A stretch of 64,000 nucleotides of DNA from the NCBI GenBank assembly GCA_964019425.1, contig OZ025798.1, positions 558,001 through 622,000 on the forward strand, given 5' to 3'. Below, in pieces: positions 1 to 13,000 of this stretch. The position numbers and the translations under genes were made by a program. This stretch comes from Flectonema sp. DT1601 (taxonomy: Eukaryota). Each line of letters opens with the position of its first letter. Positions within the stretch are counted from its first letter, which is position 1. Below the pieces are notes generated by a model. That model was not told the DNA's origin, searched no databases, and saw only the letters and a program-made list of their open reading frames with translations.

Positions 1-831
1 TACGAAAAGCACACAGAAAATTTAGCGTTGCTAAATTAACAGTTTATCACAAAAATAAATTAATGAAAAAAAATTAAATAAATAAAATCGTAATAAATAC
101 CAAACAAATAACAGCTTTTCGTTTCGGAATACATCCCCTTGTGAGGGAATACCGATATTAGTTAGTACGTGTGTTTATTAAAAGAATGCGTTTCAGACAA
201 ATAACATATTGAAAACAATAAATAAGTTATTATGCTGTTCTATATTTGAATAACACTGCAGAAAACGTAATTTCAGGCCACACGAGTATCAGTCAGTATC
301 ATCAAGTAAGTTAGTTATTTAGATAGATAGCAATATACGCAACTGAGGACTACGAGATTTGAAATTGCGAAGATTGTAGTTTTATAGCTCCGGCTAGAAG
401 TTAGTGATCGACTCCCAGCTGCCACCTTGCCCAGAAGCTAACAGGTTGAAAAACAACTAAAGAAAAATAAAAAGAGAAACGATCTGGTAAGGTGAAACAA
501 AAAAAATTTAAAAAAAAAAATATTCTAGAAACTGCATTTTTCTTTATAATACGACTATGTGCCATATGCCCACATACCACGAAAGAAAATAGAAACCCCT
601 GAACAGTACCGAGGATCGTTCACCCCAGATGTTCAAAAGCGTAATGCGAGCTTGTTGAAGTACCACAAAAACTGGGCAGCACATATTCATATCACTCAGC
701 AACAAATGAAAACGTAAGACATATATTTATTTAATAGTATTTTAAATAAAAGAAAACATAAAAAAAAAAAAAAAAGGGAATTTCATTTTTTTTTTTTTTT
801 TCAGGTTTCAATAAAGAGCAAAAAAACCTGG

Positions 832-873
<42 letters not shown>

Positions 874-2391
874 CCCCGGTTGAATAAAGCTTCTTTACTT
901 GCAGGTCTTTTAAGGAGGTCTGATAGCAGGGTTCGGAGCGTATGTGAGCCTTTAACTGAGTTTATGTGATTTATTATAAGCAAGCAAACAATCATTTTTT
1001 TTTTTTTTTTTTTTTTAGAATGGAAATAACTCGTTAAGATTCCATCTACGTCTGTGAAGAGCAGAACATATTTCGGTAAACCCAAAACAGACGTCGTTCC
1101 AGTTATCGGTTATTTTTCACCACAAAAAAATGTTTTGGGTGACAAAGGGTTCTCAAATGATTAAAACTAAATCGAATATATAATGCATCGGTATTTAGTT
1201 AGAGGACAAAAAAAAAAAAAAAACCAGGCAAAAGAAAAGACAATCTGTCTCTTCTTGCACTGTCAGTAATGATGTGTTAGTTAGTACGCTATATATTAGC
1301 GGGGGGGAAGACTGTTTGATTAGGTTCATACGAATATAAATATCTGTATTGTTTCGGAACTCAATAATAAAATTAAAAAAAAAACTCATGACACAGTGAC
1401 TAAAATGTTAATACAGGCTAACACTCTGCAATTGACGTACTTGCTCTACATATAAACAATATTTCTACCTTGTCTGCATACATGTCTCTTTTTCCGTCTT
1501 GTCATTCAGTGCAGTACGGAATCGAGTTATTCAATTACGAATTAATCGTGAGCCCTGGGAAACCAAAACCAGGGTATAGTGTAATACGGCAGAGTGCAGG
1601 TTTCGCCTATAGTAATAAACAATCTTTGTAAAAAATAAAAATGAACATTTCTTAGTAAAATTCTTCATAAAAAAAGTTGTTAGCAACAATTGCTAGTTCG
1701 TAGCACACTACAACGGAGCACTCATCTTAAATAAATTAGGATAGTAATGTCCAAAATAAGTTGGAATAACATGAGGGGGTTACATAGTTCAACATTAGGG
1801 CATCAACGTCTAGAGTGAGAGAATTTTAATGGCAAAGTCCAGAGTGGGAGGTTATCAACAAATAAAGAAAAAATTCATCAATAAATCGTAAGTAATAGTT
1901 GATTTTTTCGGCCCTTCCCCTTACCCGGCCCTTTTCAGAAAGTAAGGGGGGACACCACGTTGTGTACTCATTACGTTTGCCCTTCTCAACAAAAGAACTA
2001 TTTTAACGAAGTACCGTAACGCGAGATAATTCAACTTTTGTTGTGTCAGCTAGAATATGAATCTGTTATAAGATGGTTAATCAAAATATATATTGAAAGG
2101 AAAAAAAAAGGGAAAAAAAAACGTTTTTAAAACACAATTTTGTTCTATTCCATAAAACACTGTGGAATACGTAGTTTTTCAGGCCTTAATCTTTTTTTAC
2201 TATAATATACGTTACTGGGTGTTTTTTTTTTTTATTTTTTTTTTTTTCCTCAGATTTTTCTCGATCTTTTCCAGGTCTGGGATTATTATTATTTATCATT
2301 GAGTATAACCAACTCCCAAAGAGACGTTAGTTAATCTGGCACTTATCTATATTTAAAAGTACATCCCTATGCCAATTTCGACACCGATTCC

Positions 2392-2422
<31 letters not shown>

Positions 2423-3205
2423 TTGCACAGCCTCTCTCGGGTAGTGACAAAAATGGGTTTTTTTTTTATTGAAAATATCATTTTGACTGATATATAAATT
2501 TAAAAAAAAAAAAGAAAACACCGTTGCTGCTGTTGTTTTTTTTTTTTGGTTAACATCTCAGTACTAATCCGTCAATCAAAAAAATCGACAATAGACAACA
2601 GACAAACAATAATGGTTGGTTTTCGGTCTAAAAAGTTTTCGGTCTAAAAAACTTTCTTCAAACCATTCCTTACCCAGCTCTTCAGCGAAGAAAGCAAAGG
2701 GGACCGCGGTGTCGGATCTATTGTTTTTTTTTGGTAACAAGTTTCTACAAGTAATGATTATGCATTCTTAAGCTCAAAGGAACAACAATTTTCTCCGACA
2801 TTTTTGACTATATGCGGTAGATTCACCCAAAACTTTTTTTGCACGACGCTATCAGTAATAACTGACGTAGAAAACTTTATTTTAGTTCGCAAACCTTAAA
2901 ATAATAGATAATAATAAAAAAAAAAAAGATTCATAAAAATCATTAACAATGAGCACACACTGTTTGTTTGTTTTTTGTTTTCTACAATCCAACAAACAAA
3001 ATCATTCAGATTAGCCTTATATTTCGTTGAAACGCAGACAAAATCCTGTCGCACGGGGAAAATAAACCATGATCATAAGAAATATCGGTTTTCAATCTGA
3101 ATGGTTTCTATCGGTACAAAAGCAAAAAAGGGGGAAAAAAAAAAAAAAAAAAACGGACGTATCCAGTCAAATGGAAAGCAGTTTACTAGCTAGCTGGCTA
3201 CTACG

Positions 3206-3646
3206 TCACACCTTCGACATCGGTGAGACTGATGGAGGTTGTTTTTTTCGTTTTCTAGAACGTCTGAGTCCTGCGGCATATCTAGTGCTTAGTATTGAAG
3301 TCCGAATCTCTAAATCAGAAGAGTTCGTTAAGCTGCCATTACTTTTTGATAACTCCACAGTTATAAGTGACATTACTTTGTTGATTTCTTCATGAAGAGT
3401 TGTCAGCTTTGAGTTGTTTTCGGTCATCTCGAAGTCAATCAATTTCAGATTTTGAAGACACTGACGAAGACGGTGTGGACTACCAGAGTATAAATCAATT
3501 ACATCTTCGGGTCTTGCAGGTTCTATAAATTTTACGAATTTCCCACCTGCAATTACGGTCAGCGTAGCTATCCAAACAACTAATGTTATTAGCAAAAATA
3601 CCGTCGACAGCGATCCATAGGTAAAGGACAATTTGTTCAACGTCAT
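3206..3646 (-). CDS. Small putative membrane protein (~146 aa)
   Basis: ATG directly follows a pyrimidine-rich acceptor (ttttttccccctacag|ATG). N-terminal hydrophobic segment STVFLLITLVVWIATLTVIAGG. The upstream part of the 199-aa ORF call is low-complexity, non-coding-like sequence. Confidence 0.55.
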   Translation of the reverse strand: MTLNKLSFTYGSLSTVFLLITLVVWIATLTVIAGGKFVKFIEPARPEDVIDLYSGSPHRLRQCLQNLKLIDFEMTENNSKLTTLHEEINKVMSLITVELSKSNGSLTNSSDLEIRTSILSTRYAAGLRRSRKRKKQPPSVSPMSKV

Positions 3647-4023
3647 CTGTAGGGGGAAAAAATAAAATAAAATAACAATAACAATAATAATTAACATTAA
3701 CATGCTTCTGAAACATGAGAAAACATAACGCGTGAGGCTTGACATATATAACTGAGGAAAGGATTTAAAAAAAAAAAAAATAAAGTTTGTCGTGAATGAA
3801 AACACCTTTAGTTAATATTCGCAGGAAGATCCCCCAGTCCTGGTTCGCAGCGTTAAGGGGTTTTTCTAAAAAAAAAAAAAAAAAAAAAAAAATACACAGC
3901 AACAAATATGATATCAAAGAATAAACTAAGTAACGGAAAAAAAAGAGGGGGAAAAAAAAAAAGGAAATCCGTAATAATCAGCTGATACAACGACGACTAA
4001 ATACAGATGTTGACACATAAGGG

Positions 4024-4096
4024 GGGTTAACTGTTTGATTTTGTACGTAAAATACAAATGTATGTATTGGATCATAAACAACATAACGATAATTCA
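4024..4096. repeat. Dispersed ~73-bp repeat, copy 1 (copy 2 at 22058-22127)
   Basis: gggttaactgtttgattttgtacgtaaaatacaaatgtatgtattggatcataaacaacataacgataatt aligns by eye with 22058-22127. Confidence 0.7.
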
Positions 4097-4988
4097 AAAG
4101 GGGGAGAAGACTTACACCTTTGAATTTACGGCTTTAACTTGCGCATCAATCAACATAATGACTATAGAGTTACAAGAGAGTCAGCCTTGATTCCTGCATT
4201 GTCCAATTATGAAGATGCAGAAAGGCAGCTCATTGCGATTACATACTAAAAGAAGGAAGAAAATGAGGAAAAAAAGGGGAAAAAGTCGTATGCTCGGTCG
4301 TTCGGTTATGTACGCGACGGGAAAAAAAAATTTTTTTTTTGAGGGGAAAACCCCCAATTCGTTTTTTTTTTAAACCGGATTCAAAGTCCACCTCCAACCC
4401 ATTAAAAGAAAACAGCGTCAAGAGCAGCAAAAGCTACTTAGAATGACCACCTGATGTAATAAAATCAAACTCAGAAGACAATCAAAGACGTAGGCTGTCA
4501 CCTCCGACTTCATCCACCAAGGATTACTAAGATCTCCATGGCTTGAATAACTACACACGACCAACCGAATCCAACTCAGAATTTCTGATTACCAAAGAGA
4601 CTACTCTCTCTTAAGGTTATTTTTCTAATTGGATACTTTGAAGCAGCAAAAGCTGCTTTTAAAAAAAAGGAAAGAAGACACTTGAAAAACAATCAAAAAT
4701 CACCACAACTAAAAGAAAAGAAGAATAATTTAATAATAAAATTCAGAGCAAAAAGCTTTTTTTTTTTTTTTTTTTTTTTTTTTACGAGGAGGGACGAAAA
4801 AGAAATACTCCTATCCAGACTCTGAGGGCTAAAGAGGCAACCCCCACAAAGTTGTAAGATTCGAAGAAAGAAAAAAGAAGAAAGAAAAAAGAAGAAAGAA
4901 AAAAACTGATAAAAAAACCAAACTCCTAGTGCACGGAAAGCTAAGGCAGCCCTCCTTGTAACACTAAAAAAGACTCAACCATGGCTCG

Positions 4989-5370
4989 TTATTCATCAAG
5001 TACAGCTGAAGCTATTGAGGAAATAAGTAAATCCCCTTCATCCTGCAACTCTAAAAAGTCTGGTTGAGAAACATCAAAACCACTCATCATCGAACTACTA
5101 ACTTGATTCTGACTTGGAGTTAACTTTTCAGGAGTGATACCAGTTACGGTACTTTGACGAGAACTTGTTGAAGGTGTCGAGGGTAATATTTGTTTTATAC
5201 ATTGAGAAGAAGGACCACAAATCAATCCTTTATGTGATGGTGACCAAATAAGATGTAATCGATTTCTTCGAGTATGATGAACAGTGCATTCCGATTCAGA
5301 ATCAACGTAAGTTCGTTGTTGTTGCTGTTGCTGCTGTTGTTGCTGTTGTTGCTGTTGCTGCTGTTGTTGC

Positions 5371-5402
<32 letters not shown>

Positions 5403-5819
5403 TTGTTGCTGCATTAAGAGAAGACTGAGGTGCTGCTGATGATGTTGCTGAGGTGAAACAGAACTTCGTATTGAAGACATTTTCTTACCGACATCTCTAA
5501 CAGCTTGATCCAATAGTACAGGGCTAGGAGCCACTAAGTCGGTTAATACTTCAGCAGCTGCTTCTGGAGACACTCTCGCTAATTGAATCATTGCAGTCTT
5601 TAATATCATTATGTCATCATCGTTCTTTACTTTAGGGACTTCATCTTCTCTTACTGTAGTACATAACCTTCTATGAATTTCCCAATGTTTTTGCTGACAC
5701 TGCGCATTACAGTATGCCGCAACTAAACAAGGGCACCTTCTCAGACGTTTACCGCTCATACCACAACAACTACATTTGCTGTTATAAGTCAGTACAGCTC
5801 CTCCTGATGTGTCGCTCAT
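4989..5819 (-). CDS. MYND-type zinc finger protein with polyQ tract
   Basis: CSCCG..RRCPCLVAAYCNAQCQQKHWEIHRRLC fits the MYND pattern. CAG/CAA polyQ at about 5315-5411. Confidence 0.8.
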
Positions 5820-6104
5820 TTTCTTACTTTTTTTTTTTTTTTTTTTTTTCGATGCCTGTGAGAAAAAAGCTTTCGAGGAAAGAAAAAAAAAAATTGTTTA
5901 TTTTCAGCTGAAACGGGAACGGCATAATTTGCCTTTTTTTTTTTTTTTTTTTTCTTATTGTTTTTCGTGAGTTTAAAAAAAAACGATCAACAAGAAGTTG
6001 CTACTAAATTGGAGAAGGCAATTTTTGCAATAAATAAATCTACCGTAGATTCTATGGGGAAAAGAAAAAAAAAAAAAGAGAAATTCTAATATGAATAACT
6101 TCAA

Positions 6105-6198
6105 CTTTGACAAATGTAAAAACAGTAACAACTTTAGGTATTAAAAACAAAATTAATATCAAAGTACTTGACTGAAAAAATATTTGTAGTTGTTAATA
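6105..6198. repeat. Dispersed MITE-like element, degenerate copy
   Basis: ctttgacaaatgtaaaa...aaaattaatatcaaagtacttgactgaaaaaatatttgtagttgtta resembles 21632-21750. Confidence 0.55.
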
Positions 6199-6286
6199 AA
6201 TTCCAGTAAGAATCAAACTTTCTGGGGAAAAAGAGGCAATATCGCACATTTAAAAAAAATAAATAAATAAACAGATAATAAAAAAA

Positions 6287-9200
6287 TCATTTTGTTGGTT
6301 TCTTCTTTTTCTTTGTAACCCAGGGATCTTTTCCTGCCTTGAGAGCAGTCAGCTGATCATCGTACAGGTCTTGCAGCTCTTCAGGTATCTGTTTAAAAAT
6401 TTTTTTTATTATATTACATTGCTTTGAGTGAAAGAGAGAAATGAATAGACATACAGCCTGCGTATCTACCAATCCTTGGACATGACCAAGGTAGACATCG
6501 TTACCTGCTGCAGTGTAGTATTGTTTCATCTGAGTGTTGAAATCATCGAGTCTTTTTTCATAAGCCTCCTCTTCAGGTGTTTTTGATTTCTTTTTTGCTT
6601 TTGGTTTTGGTTTTGAAGATTTCACAAGTTCTTCTTCAACGAGTTCTTCTTTCGGTTTTTTTGATTTCTTAGTAGTAGCGGTAGCTGGCGGCGGTTCATC
6701 ACTATCTTTTTTTTTTTTTGATTTTTTTTGATCCTTTTTACCAATCGGTGGGGGATCTTCCGGAGGAGGTGGCTGAACTTCCGGAACACTGGCCACATCA
6801 CTTCGACTGATATTATCATGAGGAGGAACTTCTGAAGACATTCCCTTAAAACGCTGTTCTTTAAAAGGATTTTTACCATCAACTAGCAATTCAAGCTGTT
6901 TTTCATAGATGCGACGAAGTTCAGGGGGGCAACCGCGTCCTGATGGATCTTGACCTGTTAGCATTCCAGATACTTGAACTTTATATTTCCCAGGACCCAC
7001 TTTATAATAATAAGATCTCATCTCATCTTGGAAAGACTGTAGAGACTCGACATAATTGCGATCGTTTTCTTGAGGCTGGATATCCATTGGTAGTTGCTCA
7101 AGTAGAGTTTCTTCACTTTCTCCTTCAGACTCCTCCGAGTCTCGTCTATGTGGATAATGAGGTGGTGGGTAAATAAGATCACCTTGGGGTTGGTTAGAGT
7201 CTGGAGGACGTAGGTTTTCAGATGGTTTTTTCAAGAAAACTCCATCAGCCTCTGGATCAAATCCATACGTGTTTTGGTAGACTGGTTTTTCATCAAGAGG
7301 ATCTGGTTCACTGGGTTGAGCACCACCACCAATACCACCACCACCACCACCACCACCACCAAGAAGCTCTGAAGGAAATGGTTGTTGGACACCACCAGCC
7401 TGCTGTGGGGATATTTCATCGCCAGATGCTAAGATTGCTAAGTTAGTTCCTGGTATGAGGTACTTCGACACTCCCCCAGTGTGATCAGCTTCTAGAGTCA
7501 GATCATCTACAATACCATGTAAGTCATTGTCAATCCTTTCTGGACTGTAATCTCGTGGTTTCGGCATCGGGAATTTCTTATCAGCCGGTGCGAATTTTCT
7601 CTCGTACTCGTACTTGACTCGTAGATCTTCTACAATTTCTTCATCAGGGTTCATTAAAGGAAGGCCTTCAAGTTTTTCTCTTAGCTCTGGATTCGGTTCT
7701 TGAATTTGAACTTTTTTCCTATAGTCTTTTGAAAAAATATCGACGTCTTCTCTCGGTGTTTTCACAGCTGATTTCAACTTCACTTCTTCTTTGGCGAAGT
7801 CATATATAATTGCCGCGTCTGAAGTTGTTCTTCTGATCTTGTCAACTTCGGGAAGCGATTCAAATTCTTTTATTGTAGTTAGTGGTACCCAGGCTTCAAC
7901 AGACTCACCTTGTGATCCAGCTTTAGGAAAACGAGCTAAAATACGTGCTTCAGGAGTGTTATAGTCGATAAGGATTCCAGAGAGTCCAGCAAGTCTTCGA
8001 TAAACTGCCATTTCTGATTGAGTTTGACAGACTAGTCCTCCGTGATTCATTATTAGGTTTAAAAGACGCTTAGTGTCTGATATAACTGTTACTTTCATAC
8101 CAATCCAGTTTTCGTGATTCCTAGCAACTTGAGCATGAGATGACATCGCGTATCCCGTATCGACTACTACCTGATGGTTCAACGGATGTGGAGAGACACT
8201 TACAGCTTTTTGAATATCTGAGGGTTCCTTTATACCAATTCCATTAATTGCAACAAGACGACCTTGTTTAGGTACTCCAGCTTTCTCAGAAGCTCCTCCA
8301 GGGTGAAGACTTGTTATAAAAACTGCTCCAGGAGTTGTGTTGTAATTAATACCAAAAGATGAATTCTCAGATGCAAGAATTACATTTGACGACACAGGAC
8401 TCACAGCATATGGAAGTTGACCTGCCGATATCGTCATGTTTGCTTGTCTTGTTGCTCCGAATCTACCTGGGCTAAAACGTTGTGGATCATTCTCACCATC
8501 GCTGTATGGCTGCTCTACTTTAAATTGAGTTGAAGAGTATTTCCCTTCAGCAGGTTCTATGTTTGATATTTCAACACCCTCTAACATACCACCATGTGAG
8601 TATGGCTGCTCAACTGGTTCTATTGGTGGTGGTGTTCTAATATGTGGTTTGTTATGAAACATATCACCTCCTGGAGGAGTCTGAATCATTTCAGGCAACG
8701 GCAAATCCGCAAACTGATTAGCAGGATAAACATGATGTGGAGGAGGGTTATAATTTATAACAGGACTCGGATCTCTACTTCCCATCGATGATTCTGACGA
8801 ACCACGACGAGTGTAAGGAACACCAGGATGTACATATGCTTGAACACTTTCACTGCGAGGGTTTCTATTATCATGATATCTTACAACAGGACTGTTACTC
8901 CTCTCAGCCTGTGGATGAACAACCTGCTGTACTCTACTTGGGAAAGACACAGCACCAGGACTAGTCTGAGATGGCACATAAGACAATTGATTACCACCAC
9001 CAGAGTGATGAACATGGATCACTGGGCTGCCGCTTCTAATTACTTTTTTTGTGTTTCCAATTACGTTGGCTTGTCGTAAGAGGTCAGCTACGTTATTTAT
9101 ATCTTGAGTTGAAACTTCTGGTGGTTGAACATGTGGGGAATACATCGTCGGTTCCCATGCAGAAGTTCCAGGTTTGTAATTACCAGAAACAGTTTCAAAC

Positions 9201-9595
9201 TGAGGTTGTTGATAATTTGAAATTGGTCTAAAACCTTGTCTACCGAATTGGTTCAGATCAGCAACGAGCTGCTGTCGAGAGGTGGTTAACTTTGGGGAGA
9301 TTGGAACTGATACTTTTATATCATTATTTTCTTGTTTTCTTTCGATCACAGCCGGGTTCTTATGAGCTACCGACCATGGAAGGAGATCTTCGCCCTTTCT
9401 TACTGGGATGGGATTGCTAGCTACTTGACTTTCAGCTTTTCCATCAGGCTCTGCGATTTCTGCAAATGATGGCGGCCTTGCTACAGCTTTAACCTTAACA
9501 TCTCTGGGAGGCACAACAGGAACATGTTGTAATAAAAATGACGCTGTCGACCGAACAGCAGTTGTTGTATTTGCGGGGCGTTTCAAATCAGCCAT
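6287..9595 (-). CDS. Large proline-rich protein with a PDZ-like domain
   Basis: Long ORF. FGINYNTTPGAVFITSLHPGGASEKAGVPKQGRLVAING is PDZ-like. Probable in-frame 66-nt intron 6389-6454 (gtatgt...aaacag). Confidence 0.8.
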   Translation of the reverse strand: MADLKRPANTTTAVRSTASFLLQHVPVVPPRDVKVKAVARPPSFAEIAEPDGKAESQVASNPIPVRKGEDLLPWSVAHKNPAVIERKQENNDIKVSVPISPKLTTSRQQLVADLNQFGRQGFRPISNYQQPQFETVSGNYKPGTSAWEPTMYSPHVQPPEVSTQDINNVADLLRQANVIGNTKKVIRSGSPVIHVHHSGGGNQLSYVPSQTSPGAVSFPSRVQQVVHPQAERSNSPVVRYHDNRNPRSESVQAYVHPGVPYTRRGSSESSMGSRDPSPVINYNPPPHHVYPANQFADLPLPEMIQTPPGGDMFHNKPHIRTPPPIEPVEQPYSHGGMLEGVEISNIEPAEGKYSSTQFKVEQPYSDGENDPQRFSPGRFGATRQANMTISAGQLPYAVSPVSSNVILASENSSFGINYNTTPGAVFITSLHPGGASEKAGVPKQGRLVAINGIGIKEPSDIQKAVSVSPHPLNHQVVVDTGYAMSSHAQVARNHENWIGMKVTVISDTKRLLNLIMNHGGLVCQTQSEMAVYRRLAGLSGILIDYNTPEARILARFPKAGSQGESVEAWVPLTTIKEFESLPEVDKIRRTTSDAAIIYDFAKEEVKLKSAVKTPREDVDIFSKDYRKKVQIQEPNPELREKLEGLPLMNPDEEIVEDLRVKYEYERKFAPADKKFPMPKPRDYSPERIDNDLHGIVDDLTLEADHTGGVSKYLIPGTNLAILASGDEISPQQAGGVQQPFPSELLGGGGGGGGGIGGGAQPSEPDPLDEKPVYQNTYGFDPEADGVFLKKPSENLRPPDSNQPQGDLIYPPPHYPHRRDSEESEGESEETLLEQLPMDIQPQENDRNYVESLQSFQDEMRSYYYKVGPGKYKVQVSGMLTGQDPSGRGCPPELRRIYEKQLELLVDGKNPFKEQRFKGMSSEVPPHDNISRSDVASVPEVQPPPPEDPPPIGKKDQKKSKKKKDSDEPPPATATTKKSKKPKEELVEEELVKSSKPKPKAKKKSKTPEEEAYEKRLDDFNTQMKQYYTAAGNDVYLGHVQGLVDTQAVCLFISLFHSKQCNIIKKIFKQIPEELQDLYDDQLTALKAGKDPWVTKKKKKPTK

Positions 9596-9887
9596 CTACA
9601 TCTTTGGACACTAAGCACTTAAACCCATTGAAACCAATGTCCTGTATAAAATAATAATATAACATGAAAAGATGAACACAGTATACAGGTTGCCACTCAT
9701 TGTTTCTTTGTTCTGTAAAGTTTCGTAAAAACAATAAAATAAACAAAATAATTCTGATACTTCATAATCACAAAAAAAAAAAAAACGACACTACTTTTGC
9801 TTCGCATCGCAGTCTAAAAAAAAAATCAAAAAAAATCAAAAAAAAAAAGAAGAAACAGAACTATAAAACAAACAGTTCCTTCGACTA

Positions 9888-9923
<36 letters not shown>

Positions 9924-10040
9924 GATTCAGAAAGCAGATGAGATATATTCGGTGCAATTATTTTATTCTAAATCCTATCAGCACAGCAAGTAGGTCAATC
10001 AGCATCAGACGGTGGTACCATAACTAATGTGAATAGTACT

Positions 10041-13000
10041 TTAAAAGGTGTTGCTGATAAGTTCATCAACGGGTTTTGGCTGTAGGCATTGTACTTGTTT
10101 CCAAACAGGTTCTTTAGTGAGTGAGTCTACTTCGCTTAATGACTGTTTCCATAATCGAACATAGCCGTCATCTCCGCTACTTGCGAGAGTCGTTCCCGTT
10201 AAGTTCCAAGACACTCTCCAAATACTATTCCGTGAGTGAGCTCCTGGAGATATTAACACAGGTACAGTACGGAATTCTAGTTGTTTTGTATTGTCACTCA
10301 GTTGGTACATTTTTGTTATTAACAGCTGACCATCTTTACTACAGGTAGCGATAAGGTGATATTTTCTTCCTATTGACGGAGCCCAACTTACACTTGTTAT
10401 TGCTGACCCTCTACTGTGAATTACTGGACCTGTTGTTCCGTCAGGTTGACGAAGAGACACTTGAGACCACTTTTCTCTCATTCCAGAACCTTCCATTAAC
10501 CACACAGATGCTTCCCCATCTTCTGTTCCCACCACTAACATCTCTCTCTCTTCTAAATTACTTGGATTCCAATCCAAGGCAGTTACTCCAACTCTTTGAC
10601 CATTACTTCCTTCAATCTTTTTCGTTAGCTCAAATGTTCCAACCTGACTCCAGTCTTTGAAGTTGGTACCGCTAGCAACTAGTGTTTGGACAGTTCCTGT
10701 TATTGTTTTATTTGTTATTATACAATTACGTGATAAGTCCAACACGGGGATCGTTAAATTAAAATATGAGATAAAATCTCGCAGTGCTGTTGCCCCACAC
10801 ATCCACAAAGAAGGATTGCGCGGGTTTGATCTGCAAGCTGACAAAGAGAAACACTCACCCCCTCCAACCACCCCCTCAGTTCAGTTGTCTGAACTGCATC
10901 TCGCAGTGCTGTTGCCCCACACATCCACAAAGAAGGATTGCGCGGGTTTGATCTGCAAGCTGACAAAGAGAAACACTCACCCCTTCCAACCACCCCCTCA
11001 GTTCAGTTGTCTGAACTATATCTCGCAGTGCTGTTGCCCCACACATCCACAAGGAAGGATTGCGCGGGTTTGATCTGCAAGCTGACAAAGAGAAACACTC
11101 ACCCCTTCCAACCACCCCCTCAGTTCAGTTGTCTGAACTGCATCTCGCAGTGCTGTTGCCCCACACATCCACAAGGAAGGATTGCGCGGGTTTGATCTGC
11201 AAGCTGACAAAGAGAAACACTCACCCCTTCCAACCACCCCCTCAGTTCAGTTGTCTGAACTATATCTCGCAGTGCTGTTGCCCCACACATCCACAAGGAA
11301 GGATTGCGCGGGTTTGATCTGCAAGCTGACAAAGAGAAACACTCACCCCCTCCAACCACCCCCTCAGTTCAGTTGTCTGAACTACATCTCGCAGTGCTGT
11401 TGCCCCACACATCCACAAAGAAGGATTGCGCGGGTTTGATCTGCAAGCTGACGAAGAGAAACACTCACCCCTTCCAACCACCCCCTCAGTTCAGTTGTCT
11501 GAACTGCATCTCGCAGTGCTGTTGCCCCACACATCCACAAGGAAGGATTGCGCGGGTTTGATCTGCAAGCTGACAAAGAGAAACACTCACCCCCTCCAAC
11601 CACCCCCTCAGTTCAGTTGTCTGAACTACATCTCGCAGTGCTGTTGCCCCACACATCCACAAAGAAGGATTGCGCGGGTTTGATCTGCAAGCTGACAAAG
11701 AGAAACACTCACCCCTTCCAACCACCCCCTCAGTTCAGTTGTCTGAACTATATCTCGCAGTGCTGTTGCCCCACACATCCACAAAGAAGGATTGCGCGGG
11801 TTTGATCTGCAAGCTGACAAAGAGAAACACTCACCCCCTCCAACCACCCCCTCAGTTCAGTTGTCTGAACTGCATCTCGCAGTGCTGTTGCCCCACACAT
11901 CCACAAAGAAGGATTGCGCGGGTTTGATCTGCAAGCTGACAAAGAGAAACACTCACCCCTTCCAACCACCCCCTCAGTTCAGTTGTCTGAACTATATCTC
12001 GCAGTGCTGTTGCCCCACACATCCACAAGGAAGGATTGCGCGGGTTTGATCTGCAAGCTGACAAAGAGAAACACTCACCCCCTCCAACCACCCCCTCAGT
12101 TCAGTTGTCTGAACTACATCTCGCAGTGCTGTTGCCCCACACATCCACAAAGAAGGATTGCGCGGGTTTGATCTGCAAGCTGACAAAGAGAAACACTCAC
12201 CCCCCCCAACCACCCCCTCAGTTCAGTTGTCTGAACTGCATCTCGCAGTGCTGTTGCCCCACACATCCACAAAGAAGGATTGCGCGGGTTTGATCTGCAA
12301 GCTGACAAAGAGAAACACTCACCCCTTCCAACCACCCCCTCAGTTCAGTTGTCTGAACTATATCTCGCAGTGCTGTTGCCCCACACATCCACAAGGAAGG
12401 ATTGCGCGGGTTTGATCTGCAAGCTGACAAAGAGAAACACTCACCCCCTCCAACCACCCCCTCAGTTCAGTTGTCTGAACTACATCTCGCAGTGCTGTTG
12501 CCCCACACATCCACAAAGAAGGATTGCGCGGGTTTGATCTGCAAGCTGACAAAGAGAAACACTCACCCCTTCCAACCACCCCCTCAGTTCAGTTGTCTGA
12601 ACTATATCTCGCAGTGCTGTTGCCCCACACGTCCACAAGGAAGGATTGCGCGGGTTTGATCTGCAAGCTGACACCTAGAGGTACAAAATCAGATACTTAA
12701 AACAGTTAAACATACCATCACCAGAGGAAGTTCCAATCTTCAGACCAAATTGTCTCGGTGCGAATTTTATATCAGTTACCCCGCCAGTTATAGGCATGTC
12801 ACTTAGTACTGTTGGGTGTTTGATAATTTTATAATTTATTTGGAATTAATGAAAAGAATAATTCATACTCTCCCAGGTAGGACCATCTTTGGTCTGAGAT
12901 TCTTGCCATATTTTAATTCTGTTATCTAGTCCAGAAGATGCTAGGATACTGCCATAGGCGGAGGATGCCCATCCCAGTTTAGTCACTGATGCAGAATGCA

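Noticed and set aside
480..720. Plus-strand protein-like stretch near the window start
   Set aside because: No start codon or clean splice structure, and there is an upstream in-frame stop.
801..3100. Short ORFs rich in poly-F/poly-K here and in other intergenic regions
   Set aside because: Translations of poly(A)/poly(T) tracts.
10773..12673. CRISPR array, or SL RNA/5S tandem array
   Set aside because: Spacers are near-identical, the context is eukaryotic with no cas genes, and there is no SL exon or 5S motif in the unit.
10657..12674. About 30 overlapping 64-138 aa ORFs (MVGxGECF..., MRGFDLQ...)
   Set aside because: Artefacts of a 122-bp period (not a multiple of 3) inside a GT-AG intron; SEH1 splices cleanly around them.
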